Shown: piece after piece, positions 33,512-42,231 of the stretch
How the letters are laid out: the number at the start of each line of letters is the position of its first letter
How positions within the stretch are numbered: position 1 is the first letter of the stretch
NCBI GenBank assembly: GCA_041671585.1
Contig: JBAZBG010000001.1
Coordinates: 1 to 43,084 of the forward strand
Direction: 5' to 3'
Source: Arenimonas sp.
GTDB taxonomy: Bacteria > Pseudomonadota > Gammaproteobacteria > Xanthomonadales > Xanthomonadaceae
Length of the DNA: 43,084 nucleotides
Notes under the pieces: model-generated
Told to the model about the DNA's origin: nothing
Database searches by the model: none
Seen by the model: only the letters and a program-made list of their open reading frames with translations
Position numbers and translations under genes: made by a program

Positions 33512-34293
33512 GCTTTCCTCCGAAAGATTGCAGCGAAGATCGAAGCGATGAACGCGCCGAGTGATCCCTTTGCAGGGTTGGTGATGGAAGGCGCGGCGGG
33601 CTTTTCGGTCGGGATTGGTGTGAACGTGATATTGGGGCGTGGTCCAATCCCGCTCCCGATCGGGACAGCAACGCCGGCAGCTTTCCATGCGGTGAGCCAC
33701 GCCCTTCGATCTGCGAGTCCAATCGTGCCGCCGTTCAGCCGTTTCGTGACGTTAAGAATGTCATCCGCTTTCGCGTAGGGCAGGCACCCGCAGTTGATGA
33801 AATCCGCCACGCCGCATTCCAGAAAATGCTTTGGATCGTTGACGAGTTCAGGATGGTTGACGACATCAAGGCCAACCGCTTTTGCGAGCCGCTGGTAGCC
33901 TTCCTTACCCGTCGTCTGCGATGCGCCACGGCCCCGGTAATTCCAGCCGTCGTCAGATCCGGTAGCGTTCCCCATGCGCCCGTTGTAGACTTTGTTTGCT
34001 AGTGCCCTCGGATTGCCAGCGTAAGGAGCTGCACTGTCCATCGTCGGGAAGCGCGACGGCCATACCTGCATCATCCGACCCGCCGTGTAGTTGAGGTTTT
34101 CAACCACGTCATGACCCGCCCCGCATTCATGGCTGATCTGGGCCATTACATGCGCGACCAGGAGCGGCGAATTGATCCCATAGCGCTGGAATACATTCCC
34201 GGCGGTTTCGATCATTCCGGCCCGTAAACCGGGGATTTTCTCGTCACCGTGTGGCCATAGGCGATTCAGCGCCTGCCCAAAGGTTTCGGTCAT
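33508..34293 (-). CDS. Endolysin, glycoside hydrolase family 19
   Basis: MAQI.HE, ENLNY, LANKVY..RMGN...DG..YRGRG..Q.TG, VTKRLNGG.IGL.DR. Confidence 0.9.
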   Translation of the reverse strand: MTETFGQALNRLWPHGDEKIPGLRAGMIETAGNVFQRYGINSPLLVAHVMAQISHECGAGHDVVENLNYTAGRMMQVWPSRFPTMDSAAPYAGNPRALANKVYNGRMGNATGSDDGWNYRGRGASQTTGKEGYQRLAKAVGLDVVNHPELVNDPKHFLECGVADFINCGCLPYAKADDILNVTKRLNGGTIGLADRRAWLTAWKAAGVAVPIGSGIGPRPNITFTPIPTEKPAAPSITNPAKGSLGAFIASIFAAIFRRKA

Positions 34294-34351
34294 ACTTGCT
34301 CGCTGTGGGGTTGTGGTGGTAGAAGGCCACGTTGGATGGTGGAAAGTTCAG

Positions 34352-34690
34352 ATGAGCCTCAAAACGTGGTTGCGCATATGCGTCTTTCTAACGATCCCGT
34401 CATTGGCTTTTAGTGCGTCATCTCTCATCGTCATTGGCGGGGTTCTGACAGAGACGAAAGCTCAAGTCGTTTCCGAACGAGAACGTATAGACAAACTTTC
34501 CGATTTGATGATTGCCACATCTCGCGAGATGCGACGATCGCATGAAGAACGAAATGAAGACCTCGCTTTGCGAATTTCAGTGATGTCCAGAACGGTTTCA
34601 GCGCGCATCGACAACGCGGAAACCAATCTTGACAGGATCACTCAAAGAATGAAGCGGATAGAGGCCAGCGCCGCTGCGCGGAGACGTTAG
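34352..34690 (+). CDS. Membrane-anchored coiled-coil protein (counter-oriented moron)
   Basis: N-terminal TM then heptad-like helix; opposite strand to the late operon. Confidence 0.5.
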   Translation: MSLKTWLRICVFLTIPSLAFSASSLIVIGGVLTETKAQVVSERERIDKLSDLMIATSREMRRSHEERNEDLALRISVMSRTVSARIDNAETNLDRITQRMKRIEASAAARRR

Positions 34691-34753
34691 AACGGCGCCC
34701 CACTCGCACATAGCCCTTGGGTTTTTGCACGGACTCGCTTATTAAGGCTCGCG

Positions 34754-36205
34754 CTAATCTGCCTCGTAGACACCAGTAATATGCAGATTACGCCCACTGG
34801 CTCCGGGATAAGCCGCATTATAGTCCAAAATGTCTATTACGGAAGTTGTAGCTCCTGTGATAGCAGTCAGGGCTATAGTTACTGAGCGTATTCCACTGAA
34901 AGTAAAAGTTTTGCCGGTTTTAGACGCAACAGGTAGCGTTACTGTAACCCAGCTGGCTGCTGTGCCATTAGTGGTAATCACTATATGAGCGTCAAATGCG
35001 ACAGTCTTGCCAATCTGCTTATAACTTCCACTAGCACTAACAGTCGTGAAACTTCCAGCACCAGCAGTAACAGTGGGAGTATAACTTGACCAAGCTCCGG
35101 TCGCGTCCGTGCCGCCAACCGAGAGCGAGAGAACGTCAACATTGCCGTTGAATTTGCTGGGGGTGGTCCCCGCCGAATAGAACGCATAATCCAGCGTTCC
35201 GCCCTTGGTCAGCGCCGCGCAATAGAACCCATAATTGTTGGTGACGGCTCCCGTTCCGACCGCCTCGGCTGCGTAAAAGCCATAACGATTTGTTGCTGTC
35301 CCGGTGTTTATCGTTGGGGCGTCATAGCAGCCAAAGATGTCATCAATCGTTGATGAACTCCCGTAGGTGGGGCGCGACTGGAAACTGACAAGGTGGTTAT
35401 ATGCCGTCGTCCCTGTGACGGTAAACGCGGAATCATAGGCGTTAATCCCAAGAGCCGCCGCACCAAGGTTAAACGTGGAATTGCAAGTGAAGTCGTGTGG
35501 AGAAGTTGACCCGGTATATGAGCGCGAAGATGCAATATTAGGAATTGTCGAAACTGTAGAGTTGTCCCCAACATGGAGCGGCGCGGCTGGTGTGCTTTGA
35601 GCAACACCAACATTTCCGCCAGTGAACAGCGCGGAATAGGTGCCGTTGCTGAAGGTCTTTTGACCAGTAAAGGTCTCAGTGTTTCCTAGTGTCGCCAGCG
35701 TACCAGTGGCGGCGGGGCCTGTTAAGGTCGTGCCGTCGATCAGGGTCAGTGTGGCCGATGTAGCAGGCGCCGTAATCGTGACTTTATTTATGGACGTTGC
35801 CGTCGCAACCCCGAGTGACGGAGTGGTCATCGTAGGGGAATTAAGTGTCGGCGATGTCAGCGTCTTGTTCGTCAGCGTATCGGTCGTTGCCTTTCCCACG
35901 AGGGTATCTGTCGCGGATGGAAGCGTTAGAGTTGTCGTACCTGCGATTGCCGTTGCGATGACGGTTGTGTTGCCGGAAGTTGACCCCTGGAAAACAGCCG
36001 TCTTGATTTCGTTGATGTCGTTATTGTTCATGTCCAGATCGGCGGACATACCCCCCTTCCCTGTTCGGGAAAGGCTATCGGTTATTTCTGTATCGAGTTC
36101 ATCCCAGAATGCATCCGCATCGACCGGGCTGATTGTGGTACCGGATACAGGAGCAGTAAACGAGTTTGAAACGCGGGTGTACGTCCCGCTTGCATCGCGT
36201 GCCAT
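34754..36205 (-). CDS. Tail fibre / receptor-binding protein
   Basis: Anchor MARD.SGTY; TDTL..K.TTDTLTNKTLTSP repeats; GNVG....TP...LHV; W.SYTPT C-domain. Confidence 0.8.
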   Translation of the reverse strand: MARDASGTYTRVSNSFTAPVSGTTISPVDADAFWDELDTEITDSLSRTGKGGMSADLDMNNNDINEIKTAVFQGSTSGNTTVIATAIAGTTTLTLPSATDTLVGKATTDTLTNKTLTSPTLNSPTMTTPSLGVATATSINKVTITAPATSATLTLIDGTTLTGPAATGTLATLGNTETFTGQKTFSNGTYSALFTGGNVGVAQSTPAAPLHVGDNSTVSTIPNIASSRSYTGSTSPHDFTCNSTFNLGAAALGINAYDSAFTVTGTTAYNHLVSFQSRPTYGSSSTIDDIFGCYDAPTINTGTATNRYGFYAAEAVGTGAVTNNYGFYCAALTKGGTLDYAFYSAGTTPSKFNGNVDVLSLSVGGTDATGAWSSYTPTVTAGAGSFTTVSASGSYKQIGKTVAFDAHIVITTNGTAASWVTVTLPVASKTGKTFTFSGIRSVTIALTAITGATTSVIDILDYNAAYPGASGRNLHITGVYEAD

Positions 36206-36208
36206 TCA

Positions 36209-37126
36209 TTAAACTCCAGCGAATATGATATAGTTGAGGATGATGGTTGGCTGCACGATGCCAAAGGCTATGCTGGTGCCGCCCTGCGCCGTGCCAGTGA
36301 AACTGGATGAAACGGTGATGAGGGATGTGATTATCGTTTGATCGCCACCCGTGGCGGTGCCGCCGACACCAACATTGGTTCCCGGCTTGATAAAGCCGTA
36401 AAGAGTGCTCCCGCCATTGACCACGGTGCTCGATATCGAGCCCGAAGGGGTGTAAGCGGGAAGATTCCCGGTTCCGATCGTTTGCGTCTCACCGCCGCCG
36501 GTTGCGCCCAGCGTATCGCCATTAAGGCCGTCATCGGCATTCGTGAGGCGTTCTGCTCCGACCCCGCCCCCCATGTCATCTCTGCCGGCAACAACGCGCC
36601 CGCGAAGATCGGGGAGGTTAAACGTAGTGGAGCCGTCTCCCGTGCCGTAGGTTGTGCTGAGGGCGGCAAAGAGTGCCGAATATGTCGTTCTGGAAACGGC
36701 CTGTCCGTAGCAGAATAGATAGCCGGATGGTGCCGATGTGCCAGAATATGGAAACGTCACGCCAACCGGCAACAAAGCAAAACTATTTTGCTTCACCGTC
36801 GTAGCGTTCATGTCGCCGGTAACTGTTGCGCCCGTAGTCGCAACGTCGATGATCTTGGTGCCTCCGACCCCAAGACCAACATTGTTGGCGCCGATGCGAT
36901 AAAGCCCGCTGTCGGTATCAGAGCCGAAAGTTATGCCGGGAGCCGCAGCCGTTCCGCTGGCCGCCTTCAGGGGGCCTGTCATGGTAGACTGACCGTCCAC
37001 GGCAACCGAATTAGTCATTTCCGTTGCCAGATCGGACCAGTTCTGATTGTGGCCGCTTGCGGTGATAGTCGCGCCGGACGCGAACGTGTTGACGACCGAA
37101 TATGTCCCAGTGCCGTTGCGGGCCAT
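36209..37126 (-). CDS. Tail fibre with phage tail collar domain
   Basis: PVG...PY.G..APSGYL.C.GQAVSRTTYSALFA...T.YG.GDGSTTFNLPDLRGR; QPTI.LNYII. Confidence 0.85.
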   Translation of the reverse strand: MARNGTGTYSVVNTFASGATITASGHNQNWSDLATEMTNSVAVDGQSTMTGPLKAASGTAAAPGITFGSDTDSGLYRIGANNVGLGVGGTKIIDVATTGATVTGDMNATTVKQNSFALLPVGVTFPYSGTSAPSGYLFCYGQAVSRTTYSALFAALSTTYGTGDGSTTFNLPDLRGRVVAGRDDMGGGVGAERLTNADDGLNGDTLGATGGGETQTIGTGNLPAYTPSGSISSTVVNGGSTLYGFIKPGTNVGVGGTATGGDQTIITSLITVSSSFTGTAQGGTSIAFGIVQPTIILNYIIFAGV

Positions 37127-37147
37127 TCAGATATCCTTTAGAATTGA

Positions 37148-37171
37148 AAAACCCGCCACGGAGGGCGGGTC
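37148..37171 (-). terminator. Terminator between ejection and fibre genes
   Basis: ACCCGCC-CTCCGT-GGCGGGT-TTTT on the minus strand. Confidence 0.6.
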
Positions 37172-37173
37172 TG

Positions 37174-37389
37174 ATGGAAGTTCTCGCGTTCTTGGCAGTG
37201 ACGGCACTCGGGCTTTTCGTCAGCGGCCTTTGGTGGCTGTGGCGCAGCCAGTTTGATAATATTTATCTTCCGTGGTTGATCTGGATGACCGTTTGTATTG
37301 GTTACGCTGCTATCTACGACCGGCGGCAGGCGCGGTTGCGCCAATCCACAATGGCGACGAAAGAGCCGACGAAACTGCCCTCGCATTAG
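37174..37389 (+). CDS. Two-TM membrane protein, possible superinfection exclusion
   Basis: GGAGG RBS; two TM helices; antisense to the ejection gene end. Confidence 0.5.
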   Translation: MEVLAFLAVTALGLFVSGLWWLWRSQFDNIYLPWLIWMTVCIGYAAIYDRRQARLRQSTMATKEPTKLPSH

Positions 37390-39319
37390 CCCCTGTGGTT
37401 TGCGCTGAACCCAGAAGCATCAGAGCCACCCGCCGGGCTTCCGGGCCCTGCTGCGCCAGAATGCGCCCTATCTGATCCTTCGTGGTCGCGTTGCTCTGAC
37501 CTGACATTAGCTTCGCTATGGCATTGGCGGCTTTGAGGCCCAGCGAGGTCGCTGTGATATCAGTTGGAATATTGCCGCCGGCCGCGCCCTTCATGGCGTC
37601 GGCGGCTTCCGTCCTCTGCGCCGTTTGCGAGTTCTGGACGATCTTCTGATAGGTGTCGCGGAATTGCCGGTTCGCTGAAATGTCCCCGGCCACGCGATCG
37701 CGCGGCCCCTCCCCGAACACGGTCCCAAGCTTCTGATAATTCCAGTCCTGCGGCGTGGCGAAGGTCTTTTCCAGTTGGTTGAGGTCGTTGATATTGGTGC
37801 CGACCCGCCGGTCAATATCGGCGCGAGTACCTTGGCGAACCCGAATGGGGGCGGCTGAAGGCCCTATTTGCGCACCCTGCGGCAGTGCCGCTTGCGTCAT
37901 TTCGTCAGCAAGTTCAGTCGGGCGGATGGCGGTCTTGCCGCTATCGAGGACTTGCGACCCGCGTTGCAGCCCCGCAGACTGGCGCGATAGCTCTGCGAAT
38001 TGCGCGTCAACATCTTTCAAACCGGGAACATTTGCCAGTTCGGCATCAACCGCCTGCCGAGCCCGCGTTAGAATGCGGATCGTGTTGGGGTCAACCTCGG
38101 TCGTCAGCATACCGTCAATGGCTTGGCGGGTATTGAGTAGCGTGTCGGGGCTGCGATCAAGCCCGCCCTGACCATCATTTAGCATTTCGCGCACCTGACG
38201 CGCCGCCCGTTGCGCTGGCCCGCGCTCTACCCTTGCAACGGCGTCCAGATTTTGCGCCAGTGCTTGGGTATTCATCGGCGGTGCGCCATGCGCCGCCGCC
38301 ACGCCAGCATCATCAAGAACCTGTCCATAAGCCGGGCCTAGTGCCTCGCGGCTCTGTGCCAGCCCTGCTTCCACCCGTGAGGGAATCGGCGCCGGCCCGA
38401 GGTTGGTGTCCAGCGACTGAGAAAGGCGGGTGGCGGTTTCTTGGTCGCGGGTTCTGAGCGCGTTTACCAGTTCACTTCGACCGGCGCCCGTTCCCGTGCC
38501 TGCGCCCTGCCCAAGCCCGAGCATGGCAGGGCCAGCATCGGGTAGCATAGCGCTGTCACCGAGCTGGCCCAGATTGCGAAGCCCGGCCTCGTCGGCCTGC
38601 GCCGCGCCGCGCAAGAGTGCCGACGCCCCGCGGCCCGCGCCCTCGACCCGAGGACCTAGAAATGCGGAGCCAGCGCGATAGCCGGCGCCCGCAACAGAGC
38701 CAACCACAGGAAGGCCGGCACCGATCGCGCTGCCGGTCAATGCCCCCTTGCCGGCATTCTTGAAATAATCGCTGATCTTGTCGGAATAGGTGTTTCCGGC
38801 CCCCTGCGCGGCACCGTACCCGGCACCCTCCGCGCCGTAGCCCATAACCCGCGCCAGAAGCCCCGGGCCAACCCGCCCTGCGAGCGTCAGTCCGCTTTTC
38901 ATCAAGCCGGCGCCGCTTAGAACGCCGCCCACGCCCTCTCCTATGGCAGAGCCTACCGGGGCGGCTTCGCGGACGGCCTGGGTTTTCTCGCGCTCCGATT
39001 TTACGCCAGCGTCATAGGACGGGGCCTGCCCGGTCAAGTAATTCATACCGCCGGCAAACTTGTCAGCAAGCCCGAACGTCGCGCCGTTGGCGATCATGCG
39101 GGCGCCGCTATCCAATGTGCTGCCGATACGCGAGAGTTGATCCCCGATGGGCGTCGATGCCTGAACCGAGTCGATAGTATCCCCGGCAGTTTCATTTGAG
39201 GACTGCGGCCCGGTCTGCCCGCCGATCATCTTCTGAAACGCCGCAACCGCCGATTTTGCGTCCGGGGCTACAACGTCAAAAACCTTGCCGTCCGGGGATT
39301 TCAGTTCAAATGACGGCAT
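37310..39319 (-). CDS. DNA ejection / internal virion protein
   Basis: 669 aa Gly/Ala-rich; GATFGLAD; SPDGK.F.V.AP N-terminus. Confidence 0.7.
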   Translation of the reverse strand: MPSFELKSPDGKVFDVVAPDAKSAVAAFQKMIGGQTGPQSSNETAGDTIDSVQASTPIGDQLSRIGSTLDSGARMIANGATFGLADKFAGGMNYLTGQAPSYDAGVKSEREKTQAVREAAPVGSAIGEGVGGVLSGAGLMKSGLTLAGRVGPGLLARVMGYGAEGAGYGAAQGAGNTYSDKISDYFKNAGKGALTGSAIGAGLPVVGSVAGAGYRAGSAFLGPRVEGAGRGASALLRGAAQADEAGLRNLGQLGDSAMLPDAGPAMLGLGQGAGTGTGAGRSELVNALRTRDQETATRLSQSLDTNLGPAPIPSRVEAGLAQSREALGPAYGQVLDDAGVAAAHGAPPMNTQALAQNLDAVARVERGPAQRAARQVREMLNDGQGGLDRSPDTLLNTRQAIDGMLTTEVDPNTIRILTRARQAVDAELANVPGLKDVDAQFAELSRQSAGLQRGSQVLDSGKTAIRPTELADEMTQAALPQGAQIGPSAAPIRVRQGTRADIDRRVGTNINDLNQLEKTFATPQDWNYQKLGTVFGEGPRDRVAGDISANRQFRDTYQKIVQNSQTAQRTEAADAMKGAAGGNIPTDITATSLGLKAANAIAKLMSGQSNATTKDQIGRILAQQGPEARRVALMLLGSAQTTGANARAVSSALSSPLWIGATAPAAGRR

Positions 39320-41011
39320 TTATTGCGCCTTCGGCTTGATCTGAACGCCGTCAATTACGGTCCATCCGCCCTCATCATTCGGGCGAACGCTGGCACCGGG
39401 ATTTTTCTTCACATAGTCGCGATATTCCTTCATCGGGTCCGGCAATTCACGGATTTGCCGGTCTGCCTCCTTGCGGGTGATGTCGCCATTGAGAACCGAG
39501 GATGCGATTTCGCCAGCTTTTAACTTGTTCTCGTAAAGCCCCTGCATCACGCGGGCGGCGAGATCGTTGCCTTCTGGCGTGTTGCCGAGGGTGGGCAGTG
39601 ATTTAAGGAAGTTCTTCAGTTCATAATCGGACTGTGCACCGGAGCCCTTGACGCGCAGACTCGGACCGACACGGTTAACGATGGCTTCAAACGCTTGTAT
39701 CTCGGGCAGCTTCTCGACATCGATCCCGAGAGCCTGCGCATAGGGGCCAAGCGCAGCCTTAACCTGCGCCTCCTTGCCGGTCCCGATCTGCTTTCCCAAG
39801 GTCGTGAGGGTCTGAACGTCCGAAAGCATCTGCTTTGCTTGCGGCACCTCGTCTACGATTTCAGCGTACCGCTTAGCCGTGAGTTTTCCTGCTTCCTTGG
39901 AAAACTCGTTTTCGCCGCGCTGGTCAACCGTGACATTGGTGCTAGGCCCGCCGAGACGCTTCGCGTTGAAGTCCTGCCAAAACTTCTGTGTGTCCGGCGT
40001 TTTTGCATTCGGGTCGGGAAAGCCCAGCTTTTGCCAATTGCGCTTGGCGTATTCAACCTCGTTTATTGCGGTATCTCGGCGCGGGTCAGCCTCAATCTTC
40101 CCGGTGGTGGTATTTTTCTGAAACGGAATGCCGCCCTCATCGACGCCTTGAACATACTGCTCGGTTGGCTTGGCATACTGCAAATAAAGCTGCCATGCCT
40201 GTGCGCGGGTGCGCGGGTCCGAGCCGAGCCTGCGGATGGTGGCCGCGGCTTCCGGAGGGATCTGCATCTGCGTTCTGCCGGGTGCGGCGGGAACACCCTG
40301 CGGTGAAGCAGGCGTGGCCTGCGGGGCCGCCGTCGCGGGGCCAGCCACCTGATAGGGCTGTTCTTGTGGTCCAAGTGCCGTCGTGAACTTCTGGCCGTAT
40401 TGCGCAACCGTGGTCCCGAGCTGGTCCTTACGGTTCGGGTCGTTCATGCCGCGTTCGCCGGCAAACCACGCCTTGGCCGCGCCTTCAGGGCCGTACTTCT
40501 GTGCATACTGACCGAACTTGGCGTTAAAGATTGTGTCCTGCGCCTGTGGGCTTGCCACGAATGCCTGCGGCGTCAATTCCTGTCCGAGAACTTCACGCGA
40601 CCACGGTCCGACGTTGGCCCCCATGACTTGATACTTGCCATAGGCGCGGTCCCCCGTTTTCGTGACGGGCCCGAGCGCGTCGTATTTCCCGCCGCTCTCG
40701 ATGGAGGAAATCGCATTGCCGTAATTCGGCGCGGCGGCGGTCGGTGCCGTTGGTGCAGTCGGGGCGGAAGGCTGCGCTGGTGCTGCCCCGCCAAGTCCCG
40801 GCAGGTTGTCGAACATGGCCGAGCCTGCGGCCTTGTCCTCGACATCGGCCCGGTTCGCTAGATAGCCGCCCATACCGCCCTGCAAGGCCCTGGCAATCGC
40901 CACCAATGGCCCCTGCGCAGGGGAGGCGTCTGTGCCGTTTTTCAGCAGGGACAGCGCGTAGCGCCGCCTTACGTCTATCTCGGGCGATGATCCGAAGAAT
41001 TCAGCGGCCAT
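39320..41011 (-). CDS. Ejection protein with lytic transglycosylase-like domain
   Basis: AI..IESGG.Y..LGP..GDRAYGKYQVM...QD..F..W..G; GSGAQSD.E. Confidence 0.75.
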   Translation of the reverse strand: MAAEFFGSSPEIDVRRRYALSLLKNGTDASPAQGPLVAIARALQGGMGGYLANRADVEDKAAGSAMFDNLPGLGGAAPAQPSAPTAPTAPTAAAPNYGNAISSIESGGKYDALGPVTKTGDRAYGKYQVMGANVGPWSREVLGQELTPQAFVASPQAQDTIFNAKFGQYAQKYGPEGAAKAWFAGERGMNDPNRKDQLGTTVAQYGQKFTTALGPQEQPYQVAGPATAAPQATPASPQGVPAAPGRTQMQIPPEAAATIRRLGSDPRTRAQAWQLYLQYAKPTEQYVQGVDEGGIPFQKNTTTGKIEADPRRDTAINEVEYAKRNWQKLGFPDPNAKTPDTQKFWQDFNAKRLGGPSTNVTVDQRGENEFSKEAGKLTAKRYAEIVDEVPQAKQMLSDVQTLTTLGKQIGTGKEAQVKAALGPYAQALGIDVEKLPEIQAFEAIVNRVGPSLRVKGSGAQSDYELKNFLKSLPTLGNTPEGNDLAARVMQGLYENKLKAGEIASSVLNGDITRKEADRQIRELPDPMKEYRDYVKKNPGASVRPNDEGGWTVIDGVQIKPKAQ

Positions 41012-41014
41012 CGG

Positions 41015-41818
41015 CTATCTCCTGAACCCGCCAGAGGCCCATCCACCAAGCGCGGCGCCGCCAAGACCGCCGAGCGCGCCCCAGACGGCGTTGTTCGCGC
41101 CGACTTGGGTATTGTATTGGTTGTTCAGGGCGCTCTGCTGCATGTTGACCGCGCCCATGTAGTCGGTCGGGGCAACATTGGTCTGCGGCGTGTTGGTGAA
41201 GTTCGGCTGTTGCACGCCGGAATTGCTCAACAGGGCGCCGATCTCGTTCAAGGGCTGATTGCGCTGCGCCAGCGCTTCCGTGGCGGCCTGCCCGCGCCCG
41301 GCCAGAAGCGCGGAGTTATAGGAATTATCCCGCTGCATTCCGAAATCGCGGGTGGCGTTTGTGTACGCTTCGGTCCCCGGCATGACGCCCTGATTGCGCA
41401 GGCTCGTATCAAGTGCCGCCTGCCTCTGATCCCAAACCGGATCAAGCAACTTGCGAGCGACATCGGACTGCTGGGTACCAATGGAAGCGTTCAGGTCGAA
41501 GGGAGAATTGAGAACGCCACGAATACGGCCGGATTGCTCAACGCCGATATTGCCAAGGTTCTCCTGCGTCGTTGTGCTGAGATTATAAAGCCTCTGCTGT
41601 TCGGGGCTGAGTGTCTGCGTTGCGGCAAAACGCGGCGTCCCGTCAGCCCATGTTCCATTTTGCGAATAGGACAAGTTGCCGTAGGGCGTGCGCTGGTCAA
41701 TGGCATTCAGGCCGGTCTGCGTAACCGCAGTTTCTCGGTTGGTCTGCGATTGTGCGGCTGCAGTTCTAGCCGGATCAGGCGCAGCGGGCGCTTGAGGGGT
41801 GTCCTTGAACAAGCCCAT
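41015..41818 (-). CDS. Ejection/pilot protein
   Basis: APAAPDP..TA.AQ...N, Q.TPYG, RNQPLNE, Gly-rich hydrophobic C-terminus. Confidence 0.65.
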   Translation of the reverse strand: MGLFKDTPQAPAAPDPARTAAAQSQTNRETAVTQTGLNAIDQRTPYGNLSYSQNGTWADGTPRFAATQTLSPEQQRLYNLSTTTQENLGNIGVEQSGRIRGVLNSPFDLNASIGTQQSDVARKLLDPVWDQRQAALDTSLRNQGVMPGTEAYTNATRDFGMQRDNSYNSALLAGRGQAATEALAQRNQPLNEIGALLSNSGVQQPNFTNTPQTNVAPTDYMGAVNMQQSALNNQYNTQVGANNAVWGALGGLGGAALGGWASGGFRR

Positions 41819-42231
41819 TATTTCATCCAGTCTTTCGCGGTATCGGGGAACATGGCAAACCTCAAAGCGTCGTCTTGTTTGGTGGGACCGTAAAATCGCT
41901 TGCTGGTCCCCTCGAACTCGAACCCAAGCCGCGTCATGGCTTTCAGCATTCTCTTGTTTGCGCGCTTGACATTCGCGCTAACGCGCGTGGCATTCAGTTG
42001 AATAAATGCGTAGTGGTAAAATGCCCGCAGCGGGCCACGCTTCAAAGCGCCCGGTCCGTACAGCGTAATTTCCAGATTAGAGCCGTTCCACTGACTGAAC
42101 ACGGCACCCAAGACCAGCGATCTACCGTCAATCGTTCCACCGATCGCCGTATAGGGCGGAAGAATTTCCGTTCCGAGATTTACACCAACCCAATCCGCTA
42201 CAAGCTCGTCCTGCCCAAAGACGAGTTGCAT
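41818..42231 (-). CDS. GNAT acetyltransferase-like tail assembly protein
   Basis: Y.F.QL...RV......N......RLGF..EG. Confidence 0.7.
   Translation of the reverse strand: MQLVFGQDELVADWVGVNLGTEILPPYTAIGGTIDGRSLVLGAVFSQWNGSNLEITLYGPGALKRGPLRAFYHYAFIQLNATRVSANVKRANKRMLKAMTRLGFEFEGTSKRFYGPTKQDDALRFAMFPDTAKDWMK

Noticed and set aside
34754-37126. Diversity-generating retroelement or invertible tail-fibre system
   Set aside because: No reverse transcriptase, TR/VR repeat pair or invertase was seen anywhere in the genome.
41105-41893. 262-aa + strand ORF and similar overlapping ORFs in the late region
   Set aside because: Antisense or alternate-frame shadows of well-supported structural genes.
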